Sequence record: DRR723986_3511
Length of the DNA stretch: 33,010 nucleotides
Reading direction: 5' to 3' (one strand)
The notes below the pieces were generated by a model that was not told the origin of the DNA, made no database searches, and worked only from the letters and a program-made list of their open reading frames with translations. A program made the translations under genes and the position numbers. Numbering within the stretch: position 1 is the first letter of the stretch; every line of letters starts with the position of its first letter. This document shows, in pieces, positions 1 to 8,507 of the stretch.

Positions 1-684
1 AAAGATGTTGTAAGCGGAGATTTTTATTGGGGGGCAAAGAAAGATGACTTTGCCTACGTTGCCGTAGCTGACTGCACAGGTCATGGTGTTCCCGGAGCCA
101 TGATATCAATGTTGGGTGCTTCTTTTTTAAATGATGCTATTGTCCACCATAACGAAACACACGATTTACTTAATATCCTGAGAACCAAGGTTATTGACGG
201 GTTTAATCAAACCGAAAACTCAACTTTATCAGATGGTATGGACATCTGCGTTATGCGACTCAACACAAAAAACCTAGAAGGTCAATTTTCAGGCGCTATG
301 AATCCTATATTCATCATCAGAAAGAAATCAGAAGGCGAAATTGACGGATTGAAATTGGCCTACTCTAATGATACCTTGAATTTATTTACGACCAGCCCTG
401 ACAAACAACCAATTGGTTTTTATCATCATATGAGTGAGTTCACGAGTACCAATTTTCAGTTCAAAAAAGATGACCGGGTATATCTATTATCAGATGGCTA
501 TGTCGATCAATTTGGGGGGCCGAATTATAAAAAATTCATGCGAAAAAACTTATGGGATATTCTTTTTGAAATTCACGATTTATCTGATCAAGAACAAAAG
601 AAAATACTTTGGGACAGAATGGCCGACTGGATTGGTGACCAAGAACAGATTGATGACATCTCAATTATAGGATTAAAGATCTAA
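1..684 (+). CDS. SpoIIE/PP2C-type serine phosphatase domain protein (5'-truncated; begins before the window)
   Basis: Frame 1 is open from base 1: KDVVSGDFYW...VADCTGHGVPGAM, DGMD, LLSDGYVDQFGG, QIDDI. These are typical SpoIIE/RsbU motifs. Confidence 0.9.
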   Translation, partial: KDVVSGDFYWGAKKDDFAYVAVADCTGHGVPGAMISMLGASFLNDAIVHHNETHDLLNILRTKVIDGFNQTENSTLSDGMDICVMRLNTKNLEGQFSGAMNPIFIIRKKSEGEIDGLKLAYSNDTLNLFTTSPDKQPIGFYHHMSEFTSTNFQFKKDDRVYLLSDGYVDQFGGPNYKKFMRKNLWDILFEIHDLSDQEQKKILWDRMADWIGDQEQIDDISIIGLKI

Positions 685-687
685 TCC

Positions 688-2013
688 TTATCCACCTGTA
701 ATGGCCTTGTAGATATCATTCCCATTTGCATACAACACCAGGGCAAGAATAAAAATGAACCCAGCAATTTGCGCATACTCCAAAACTTTTTGATTCGGTT
801 GACGTCCAGAAATCATCTCATAGAGTAAAAACATAATGTGCCCGCCATCTAAAGCAGGAATAGGCAAGAAATTCATAAAGGCCAAAATAATAGATATTAA
901 GGCAGTGTTTGCCCAAAATGATTGCCAGTGCCATTCAGGTTTAAACATTTTACCAAAAGCACCAAACCCACCCATACTTGAAGCTCCTTTCTTAGTGAAA
1001 ATGAATTTCATTTGAACAGCATAATCATGCAAAGTCCAGTAGGCCCTGTTTATTCCCGCAGGAATTGATCCGAAAAATGAGTATTCGTCTTGGGTAATCA
1101 TTCCAACAAACTCGTCAGTACTTCTTACTACACCTATGGTTCCATTTGAATCTACCTCAACAAGCAACTCTTTCGTTTCACCATTTCTGTCAACAGTAAC
1201 ATCAATTTCTTTGCCCTTATTGGCAAAAACTTGGTCGACAAACTCATCCCAATAAGTTACGGTTTTACCAGCAGCAGCAACCACTTTATCACCGTCTAGA
1301 AAACCGGCATCCATTGCGGGTCTATCTGTCACAACAGAATCAATCAATGCAATGGTTCTTGGAGAAAACACTTCAAACACTCCAGATTCGAACATTTCAT
1401 AGTCCGCACCTTCTTTCATGGTAATCGTTTCAACTTCACCGTTCAAATGCTCTACCTCAATCTTCCTTGCTCCTCTAAGCAAAATCATTTTATTTACGTC
1501 AGTAACATCTTCTAAAGGTTCACCTTCCACTGAAAGAATACGATCACCATCTTCAAATCCGTAATGCTCAAATTCTGGGGCAACTGCCATTCCATACTTC
1601 ACATCTTCTGGAGCAATATGTTCACTTCCCCAAACGAACAATACCATGGCATAAATGATCATACCCAATATTAAATTGACCACAATACCACCAATCATTA
1701 TGATAAGACGTTGCCAGGCCGGTTTAGACCTAAATTCGTATTCCTTCGGTTCCTGTGCCATTTGCTCTGTATCCATTGACTCGTCAATCATTCCAGATAT
1801 CTTCACATAACCTCCTAATGGAATCCATCCAATACCCCACTCGGTATCTTTAATTTTCTTTTTGAACAATGAAAATTTATAATCGAAGAACAGATAAAAC
1901 TTTTCAACTCTAGTATTAAACGCTCGTGCCGGCAAATAATGCCCAAATTCGTGCAATACAATCAGAATTGATAAACTAAGTATAAGCTGTCCTGCTTGAA
2001 TTAAAATTTCCAT
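688..2013 (-). CDS. rseP: RIP metalloprotease RseP (M50, PDZ-containing)
   Basis: HEFGH zinc motif, IPLGGYVKI, NFLPIPALDGG and PDZ segments. ATG at 2013 is preferred over TTG at 2016. Confidence 0.95.
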   Translation of the reverse strand: MEILIQAGQLILSLSILIVLHEFGHYLPARAFNTRVEKFYLFFDYKFSLFKKKIKDTEWGIGWIPLGGYVKISGMIDESMDTEQMAQEPKEYEFRSKPAWQRLIIMIGGIVVNLILGMIIYAMVLFVWGSEHIAPEDVKYGMAVAPEFEHYGFEDGDRILSVEGEPLEDVTDVNKMILLRGARKIEVEHLNGEVETITMKEGADYEMFESGVFEVFSPRTIALIDSVVTDRPAMDAGFLDGDKVVAAAGKTVTYWDEFVDQVFANKGKEIDVTVDRNGETKELLVEVDSNGTIGVVRSTDEFVGMITQDEYSFFGSIPAGINRAYWTLHDYAVQMKFIFTKKGASSMGGFGAFGKMFKPEWHWQSFWANTALISIILAFMNFLPIPALDGGHIMFLLYEMISGRQPNQKVLEYAQIAGFIFILALVLYANGNDIYKAITGG

Positions 2014-2033
2014 CAAATAAAATATTTAGCGGT

Positions 2034-2041
2034 CAAAGATA
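2034..2041 (-). promoter_or_regulatory. Bacteroidota -7 promoter element for rseP
   Basis: TATCTTTG on the minus strand matches TAnnTTTG, 20 nt upstream of the ATG. Confidence 0.65.
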
Positions 2042-2097
2042 CTATTTTCAACGCTTAGTTAAGAAAGGATTTATAGAAGAAGATATTTTGATTAAGG

Positions 2098-2439
2098 CTA
2101 AACGTATTTATTCTCTCTAAAATAAAGCGTAACGGCCTCTTTTAACAAATACTCTTGTTCTTGAGGTTTCAATGCAGGCAGATTTTCAACCTTATCAAAA
2201 TGCGGCCAGCCATCCTCATCCTCTTCGGTGAATCGATAATAGCCAAAAGGTTCTAGAATTGTACAGATGGCTATGTGCATCAAATTCATTTTCTCATCCT
2301 TAGAAAAATCATCATAACCCTTACCCAATTCTTGTATGCCAATTAAAAGCAAAATAGCATCCAGCTCCAAACCTTCTCCAAATTTCTTTTCTAAATCCTT
2401 AACTACTTCCTGATATGCTATAACAACTTTATGATCCAA
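2098..2439 (-). CDS. Conserved Bacteroidota hypothetical protein
   Basis: 113-aa ORF with LLLIGIQELG...KMNLMHIAICTILEPFGYY...DEDGWPHF, which I recognise as a small conserved Bacteroidota family. TTG start. Confidence 0.75.
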   Translation of the reverse strand: MDHKVVIAYQEVVKDLEKKFGEGLELDAILLLIGIQELGKGYDDFSKDEKMNLMHIAICTILEPFGYYRFTEEDEDGWPHFDKVENLPALKPQEQEYLLKEAVTLYFRENKYV

Positions 2440-2501
2440 AGTAAACAGTTTAATGTTTGCAATTCACATTAGCATGAATCGCAAAGTGCAAAATTCACAA
2501 T

Positions 2502-2509
2502 TATTTTTG
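2502..2509 (+). promoter_or_regulatory. -7 promoter element for cvpA
   Basis: TATTTTTG, 6 nt before the ATG at 2516. Confidence 0.55.
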
Positions 2510-2515
2510 TTCAAG

Positions 2516-3022
2516 ATGAATTATCTTGACATTTTATTATTTATTCCAATAGCTTATGGTGCATGGCGTGGATTCAAAAAGGGATTTATCATTGAACTTT
2601 TCACGCTTTTAGCCCTCTTAGTAGGCATTTATGCTGGAATCCACTTTTCTGATTTAATGTCAGACATCCTTAGAGATAAACTAGGTGTAAGCTCTAAATA
2701 TCTACCAGCTATCGCTTTTACAATAACTTTTCTAGGTGTTGGAGCAATGGTGTTTTTTGGAGGAAAAATGTTGGAAAAAGCAATCAAAGTGGTTGCTTTA
2801 GGACCTATAAATAAAGTCGCGGGTCTCCTTTTTGGTGCAATTAAAATGCTCTTTGTACTGAGTGCTGTTTTAGTTATTTTAGAATCAATAGATGAAAAAA
2901 ACAACTTTATCCCAGAAGATTTAAAAGACAGTTCCTTACTTTATCATCCTGTCAAACAAACTTCATTAAGCGCTATTCCTGGGTTAAAGTATAGCTCTTT
3001 ATTCTTAGGCACCATAGAATGA
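2516..3022 (+). CDS. cvpA: CvpA (colicin V production) family membrane protein
   Basis: MNYLDILL...GAWRGFKKGFIIE, NKVAGLLFGAIK and S-LY motifs. Start moved to ATG 2516. Confidence 0.9.
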   Translation: MNYLDILLFIPIAYGAWRGFKKGFIIELFTLLALLVGIYAGIHFSDLMSDILRDKLGVSSKYLPAIAFTITFLGVGAMVFFGGKMLEKAIKVVALGPINKVAGLLFGAIKMLFVLSAVLVILESIDEKNNFIPEDLKDSSLLYHPVKQTSLSAIPGLKYSSLFLGTIE

Positions 3023-3424
3023 AGCCAAATTAGTAGTGATTTTCAAATCAGGATGCAGACTTTTTGCTACTGGACAGGCATCTGCCAAATGATGAATTAA
3101 TTTAAAATCTGATTCGGTTAAAAGCTTATTCTCAAATTCAAAGATTATTTTTATTTCATCTATTCGTCTAGGATTTGAAGCCATTACTTTTTCAACATCA
3201 CAGTTAACCCTACCCAGATCTCTGCCAGATTTTTCAAAATTTATTCCGACAATCGTCAGCATGCAAGAAACTAAAGAAGAAGCAACTAAATCTGTTGGGG
3301 AGAACATTTCTCCTTTTCCATTGTTATCAACTGGAGCATCTGTCATGATTTTAGTTCCTGACTTAAGATGAGTAGACTCAGTACGTAAACTTCCTAAATA
3401 TTGTATATCAAACTGTTTGTTCAT
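3005..3424 (-). CDS. OsmC/Ohr family protein (YhfA-like)
   Basis: TDAPVDNNGKGEMFSPTDLVASSLVSC...ACPVAKSL with two conserved Cys. Likely start ATG 3424. Confidence 0.9.
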   Translation of the reverse strand: MNKQFDIQYLGSLRTESTHLKSGTKIMTDAPVDNNGKGEMFSPTDLVASSLVSCMLTIVGINFEKSGRDLGRVNCDVEKVMASNPRRIDEIKIIFEFENKLLTESDFKLIHHLADACPVAKSLHPDLKITTNLASFYGA

Positions 3425-3455
3425 GTCGGTTTTAATGAAGGATTTGAAAAGGCTT

Positions 3456-3486
3456 TTTGTTGTCAAGCCTTTATTGTTTAAATTTG
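3456..3486 (+). promoter_or_regulatory. Bacteroidota -33/-7 promoter for the OMP-lipA pair
   Basis: TTTG (3456-3459), 19-nt spacer, TAAATTTG (3479-3486). Confidence 0.65.
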
Positions 3487-3491
3487 TACTA

Positions 3492-4217
3492 ATGTACAAA
3501 AGATGCCTGTATATATTTTTATTGATTTTACCGAATCTCGTCTTTTCGCAAGAGGTAGATAATGGTGAAACTAAAACCTTAATGCGTAAGGAATTTGCTG
3601 CCGGCTTAAATTTCAATACTGCGGGTTGGGGTTTCGCATTTGATTATGGTTGGCAAAAAAACTATAAATACAGACAAACTGTAGGCTTTACGGGAACGAA
3701 TATCCGTCATGAAAAGGAACATAAAATTTACAGTGACAATAACAAAGGGTATTATTTAGGTAAGTTAGAATCATTGGTAAGTGTGCGTCCTCATTATGGG
3801 GGTAAATTGATTATGTTCAAAGCGAAAAGGGAGAACGGCATAGAAATTTCTGCAAAATGGAGTTTAGGTCCTTCTTTTGGTTTGATCAAACCTGTTTATT
3901 TAAAAATTAACAAAATCAGCGCATCCAGTATTGTAGATGAACGCTATAATCCAGAAATTCACAACCCAGGCAACATCAATTCTAAATCTTCTTGGCTCAA
4001 AGGACTGGGAGACGCAAAAATGAGAGTTGGAGCCTTTGGTAAATTTGGATTTGACTTTAATTTTTCGGCTTTAAAAAATGGAATAAGTGGCGGCGAGTTT
4101 GGAATAATGCTCGATTACTTCCCAGGAAAAGAAATTGAAATTTTACACAATAATAAAAACAGCAACTTTTATTCAGCGCTGTATCTTCAATTCAATATAG
4201 GACAAAAACTTTACTAA
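3492..4217 (+). CDS. Putative outer-membrane beta-barrel protein
   Basis: Signal peptide [20 protein letters not shown], alternating amphipathic strands and C-terminal [12 protein letters not shown]. The stop overlaps the lipA start (TAATG). Confidence 0.65.
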   Translation: MYKRCLYIFLLILPNLVFSQEVDNGETKTLMRKEFAAGLNFNTAGWGFAFDYGWQKNYKYRQTVGFTGTNIRHEKEHKIYSDNNKGYYLGKLESLVSVRPHYGGKLIMFKAKRENGIEISAKWSLGPSFGLIKPVYLKINKISASSIVDERYNPEIHNPGNINSKSSWLKGLGDAKMRVGAFGKFGFDFNFSALKNGISGGEFGIMLDYFPGKEIEILHNNKNSNFYSALYLQFNIGQKLY

Positions 4218-5095
4218 TGGAAACGCTGGAAAAAACTACACCTGAAAATTCAATACGAGTTAAAAAGCCTAAATGGTTACGAGTTAAACTTCCAACAGGA
4301 GAAAACTATAAAAAAGTTAGAAGCCTTGTTGATGAGCATAAATTACATACAATATGTGAAAGTGGTAACTGTCCTAACATGGGAGAGTGTTGGGGAGAAG
4401 GAACAGCTACTTTTATGATTCTTGGAAATATCTGTACACGATCATGTGGATTTTGTGCAGTTTCAACCGGTAAACCTTTGGAAGTTGATATGTTTGAACC
4501 TGCTAAAGTTGCCCAATCTGTAAAACTGATGCAGGTAAAACACGCAGTAATTACATCAGTTGATCGGGATGATTTAGAGGATGGTGGAGCGGATATTTGG
4601 GTGGCAACTGTCAAAGCAATTCGAAGAAAAAGCCCGGGCACAACCATGGAAACTTTGATTCCTGATTTTGCTGGTAAATGGCATAACCTTCAAAAAATAA
4701 TTGATGTGGCTCCAGAGGTGGTGTCACACAATTTAGAAACAGTAAGACGACTTACTAAACAAGTTAGAATTCAGGCAAAATACGACAGAAGTCTTGAAGC
4801 CTTAATGCGGTTAAAAAAAGGTGGAATGAAAACGAAGTCTGGAGTAATGTTGGGCCTCGGGGAAACAGAAGCTGAAGTTTATGAAACCATTGACGACTTA
4901 AGCGCAATTGGATGTGATATCCTAACGTTAGGTCAATATTTACAGCCAACCATTAAGCATTTACCAGTTGCAGAATTTATTACTCCGCAGAAATTTGATG
5001 AATATCGTGAATACGCTCTAACAAAAGGATTCCGTTTTGTAGAATCAGGTCCCTTGGTTAGATCTTCGTATCATGCTGAAAAACACCTGTTTTAA
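4217..5095 (+). CDS. lipA: Lipoyl synthase
   Basis: [12 protein letters not shown] (CX4CX5C), CTRSCGFC radical-SAM motif and VRSSYHA. Confidence 0.97.
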   Translation: METLEKTTPENSIRVKKPKWLRVKLPTGENYKKVRSLVDEHKLHTICESGNCPNMGECWGEGTATFMILGNICTRSCGFCAVSTGKPLEVDMFEPAKVAQSVKLMQVKHAVITSVDRDDLEDGGADIWVATVKAIRRKSPGTTMETLIPDFAGKWHNLQKIIDVAPEVVSHNLETVRRLTKQVRIQAKYDRSLEALMRLKKGGMKTKSGVMLGLGETEAEVYETIDDLSAIGCDILTLGQYLQPTIKHLPVAEFITPQKFDEYREYALTKGFRFVESGPLVRSSYHAEKHLF

Positions 5096-5259
5096 AATCA
5101 TTTTTTTCAATCTTCACATTTTTTATGACGAATCAATCTAAAAATTGTGGATAGATGTGTATAAAAAAGCCTTAGATTGATGCTATTTTTTACAAACTGT
5201 TTAAGAAGTTTGTAGTATATTAGGCGCTAGAAAAAATCGATCAGTCGAAAATTAATAAT

Positions 5260-8200
5260 ATGAAAAAGAGTTTATTTCTATTAGGAACGTTGCCAGTTGC
5301 TTTGCTTACAGCTACTTTGGCGATAAATTCCTCTAACAATTCTGAAGGATCTTACGAGTCAAGATCTACCTCAAATCTTGCACAGCCAAGCAGCAGTGCA
5401 CAGGGCATGTTTGAATATTTCTCCATGTTGAAAGATGGTATGACACCTGAAAAATATCAACGATTAAAGGAGGAAGTTGCGGCAATGCCAACAGACAGAT
5501 CAACTGTAACATGGAACGAACACGGTCCAGATAATGTTGGTGGTAGAACAAGAGCCATTCTAGTAGACAAAGACAACATAAACCTGGTTTATGCTGGATC
5601 AGTATCTGGTGGACTTTTTAAGTCAATCAACAGAGCCAATACATGGCACTTAGTGCCTGAGTTTGATGTGAACTTATCGATTTCTTCAATGTGTCAAACG
5701 GCTAACGGAACAGTACTAATTGCTACAGGACACGAATCTGAAGGATACAATGGAACTTTTGAAGCAGGAGTTCCAGAGGGTGCAGGGCTATTCAGAATGA
5801 ACTCGGACGGGACTTTTGATTTAGTTTCTGGAACTGATAACTTAGGTTACATTAATGAAATTGAATGTGATACCTTAAGTAACACAGTTTGGATGGCTAC
5901 CGAAAACGGGTTAAGGACATATGACGTTGTTGCAGATGTAGTAACGAACGAATCAAGTAAAATTGATGTCGGGTCTTTTTCTGTTAACTCATTAGCTATG
6001 TCTCCTGATGGAGATGTAATTGTTTGTTCTAAAAACTCAAACGCTACCTACGTTTCGACTGATGGAGGTGCAACTTTCGTTGATAGATCAAGCCCAGGCA
6101 ATACTTCAAATCCAATTAACAAGTCAAGCATTGGACGTCAAGAATATACAGTTTCTGACATGAAATCTGATGGAAAATATTTTATTTACTCTTCTCAGGC
6201 AACTAACAGTGGCGGAGGATATCTAAGAGGTATTTGGAAATCAGAAGACAATGGGTTAAACTGGACAGAAATCGCTCCAGCGAACAATCAAGTTCCTGGT
6301 GCATTTGCTCCATTTACAACCGGAAATCAAGGCCAAGGTGGTTGGAACAATGTTATTATGACTGCTTACAAAAACCCTAAGAAGGTATTTTTAGGAGGTT
6401 TAGACGTTTACTCGTGGGCAACTACTGGAAATTGGACTCAGCTATCACAATGGTTCTTACCAGTGCAGTCACCGCAATATCTGCATGCTGACAACCACGT
6501 AATCGAGTTCGATAAATGGGGAAGAATGTATGTGGGATCTGATGGAGGAGTTCATTTTTCTGATGATGGAGGTCAAACGTTCCACCAAGCTAACAGAGGA
6601 TATAATACGGTTCAATTTTACAATATCGGTGTTACGGCACATGGTGATGTAATGGGTGGTGCTCAAGATAACGGCTGCTGGAATAACTACCATGATAATT
6701 CGACATGGAGAGAATTTGATGATGTTTTAGGTGGAGATGGTTTCTCTGTTGAAATGTCTTTTATTAATAGAAACATTGTTTTCGGATCATCTCAATACGG
6801 GAATGTTGCTAGATCTGGAGACAGAGGAACTAACATGACCACTTTCTTGCCAGATGAAATCTTGAATAATATTTCTTGTACCGTTGGAACAAGTGGCGGT
6901 GGAGCAACACCATGTTCTCCATTCTTTACTAAGTTCGCTTTGTGGGAAAATCCTAACGATTTAAATTCAACTGATTCGATCGAATTCGTTCCGGATGCAG
7001 CTTATACTCAAAATGAGGTTGTTGAAGTCCCTTCATTCACTTCGCAAACCACGATTCCGTTCACGATTCCATTTGACGTCGAATATGACGATACAGTATA
7101 TTTTAATAACGGTTTAACAACTCAGGATACTGTGGTTACTTCTTCTGATATGATTGACTATAATTTAACTTATTCGAATTATGCCTTCATTACTGGTGGA
7201 CATCCAATTTCAAATGGTGATTCAATTGATTTGATTGATTTAGGAGACACAATTGTTGCTGACTCATACACAACAATCCCTCACTACTATGCAACTAACC
7301 CTAATAGACCAGGTAAAATCTATGACATGGGGAATGACACTATTGCATTTGGAATTTCCTGGGATACTATAAAAGTACAAGACCCTTACCAATCATGGTT
7401 TGCATATTATGCTGACGGTGACATCTGGATGACAAGAAATGCCCTGAGATTTGCAGCACCAGCTGATGAATGGTTTAAGGTAATTGATGGTGGTATTGAA
7501 GGAATCGGAATAGTAACAGCAATGGATTTCTCAAAAGATGGAAACAATTTATTTGTTGGAAACAGTGCTGGAAAAATCACAAGATTAAGTGGATTCGGAA
7601 ATGTTTATTCTCCGAAGAAAGAGGATAACGCATTAACCGGAGCTGTTGAAGATACGCTAATTGATTACGATAATGGTCATTATGCAACTACTATTACTGA
7701 TTTAGGAGATGCTGGATCTATTGTAACTGATTTCGCATTTACTGATGACCCTAACTTCTTAATGGTAACAAGAGGTTCAGCTTCAGGAACTTCAAACACT
7801 AAAGTTCAAGTGGATGCAACAAATGCTTTGGGAGCTTCATTATCTTTCACTTCATTAGGAAGTAGCTTACCTAACAACCTACCGATTTACTGTGGTGTTG
7901 TGGATAGAGATGATGATAATACAATTCTAATTGGTACTGAATTAGGAGTATTTGTATCAACTAATGGTGGATCTTCTTGGGAGAATTGTTCTGGTGGATT
8001 TGGATCTACCCCAGTAATGGATATGAAACAAAACTGGAGAACCTTCAACGAAGGATGTCAAAGACCAGGAGAGATTTATATCGGTACATTCGGTAGAGGA
8101 ATCTGGTCAACTGAAGCATACTTAGGAATGCCAACTGAACAAGACAACTTAGACGCAAACAAATTTGTTCCAAACATCAACGTATACCCTAACCCGGTTA

Positions 8201-8421
8201 ACGATTACGGAACTGTTGCTTTCAACTTAGAAAACAGTTCAGATGTAACGGTGCAAATCTTCAACTTAACTGGGCAACTTGTTCAAGAAGTTAGAGAAAA
8301 CAACTTGTTTGCTGGAGCCAATCAAATAGCATTTTCTGCAAATGAACTTCCAAAAGGAACGTATATCATCAGATTAAATGCTGGAGAAATGGTTGAGACT
8401 TCTAAGTTCATTAAGCACTAA
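5260..8421 (+). CDS. T9SS-secreted BNR/Asp-box (sortilin/VPS10-like) beta-propeller protein with type A C-terminal sorting domain
   Basis: Signal peptide; W..GP.NVGGRTRA; Asp-boxes STDGGATF, SEDNGLNW, SDDGGQTF, STNGGSSW; HADNH; CTD INVYPNPV...IFNLTGQLV...LPKGTYIIRL...KFIK. Confidence 0.85.
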   Translation: MKKSLFLLGTLPVALLTATLAINSSNNSEGSYESRSTSNLAQPSSSAQGMFEYFSMLKDGMTPEKYQRLKEEVAAMPTDRSTVTWNEHGPDNVGGRTRAILVDKDNINLVYAGSVSGGLFKSINRANTWHLVPEFDVNLSISSMCQTANGTVLIATGHESEGYNGTFEAGVPEGAGLFRMNSDGTFDLVSGTDNLGYINEIECDTLSNTVWMATENGLRTYDVVADVVTNESSKIDVGSFSVNSLAMSPDGDVIVCSKNSNATYVSTDGGATFVDRSSPGNTSNPINKSSIGRQEYTVSDMKSDGKYFIYSSQATNSGGGYLRGIWKSEDNGLNWTEIAPANNQVPGAFAPFTTGNQGQGGWNNVIMTAYKNPKKVFLGGLDVYSWATTGNWTQLSQWFLPVQSPQYLHADNHVIEFDKWGRMYVGSDGGVHFSDDGGQTFHQANRGYNTVQFYNIGVTAHGDVMGGAQDNGCWNNYHDNSTWREFDDVLGGDGFSVEMSFINRNIVFGSSQYGNVARSGDRGTNMTTFLPDEILNNISCTVGTSGGGATPCSPFFTKFALWENPNDLNSTDSIEFVPDAAYTQNEVVEVPSFTSQTTIPFTIPFDVEYDDTVYFNNGLTTQDTVVTSSDMIDYNLTYSNYAFITGGHPISNGDSIDLIDLGDTIVADSYTTIPHYYATNPNRPGKIYDMGNDTIAFGISWDTIKVQDPYQSWFAYYADGDIWMTRNALRFAAPADEWFKVIDGGIEGIGIVTAMDFSKDGNNLFVGNSAGKITRLSGFGNVYSPKKEDNALTGAVEDTLIDYDNGHYATTITDLGDAGSIVTDFAFTDDPNFLMVTRGSASGTSNTKVQVDATNALGASLSFTSLGSSLPNNLPIYCGVVDRDDDNTILIGTELGVFVSTNGGSSWENCSGGFGSTPVMDMKQNWRTFNEGCQRPGEIYIGTFGRGIWSTEAYLGMPTEQDNLDANKFVPNINVYPNPVNDYGTVAFNLENSSDVTVQIFNLTGQLVQEVRENNLFAGANQIAFSANELPKGTYIIRLNAGEMVETSKFIKH

Positions 8422-8439
8422 GAGAATAATTATATATAT

Positions 8440-8472
8440 AAAAGGTTGGTCGTTTGACCAACCTTTTTTTTT
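8440..8472 (+). terminator. Rho-independent terminator
   Basis: AAAGGTTGGTC-GTTT-GACCAACCTTT perfect stem followed by a T-tract. Confidence 0.9.
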
Positions 8473-8480
8473 GATTAAAT

Positions 8481-8506
8481 GTAAGGTTTGAACAACTTGT
8501 CCGTCT
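8481..8506 (+). promoter_or_regulatory. Putative ECF-sigma promoter (GTAAG-N16-CGTCT)
   Basis: Same two blocks and same spacing recur at 32379-32404. CGT -10 core with 16-nt spacing is ECF-like. Confidence 0.5.
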
Positions 8507-8507
8507 T

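Noticed and set aside
3417-3616. Apparent 200-bp head-to-head overlap of the OsmC and OMP ORFs
   Set aside because: Artefact of longest-ORF starts. Realistic starts at 3424 (-) and 3492 (+) leave a normal divergent promoter gap.
5096-5259. Replication origin
   Set aside because: Only two DnaA-box-like sites in 164 bp and no typical origin-neighbour genes; insufficient evidence.
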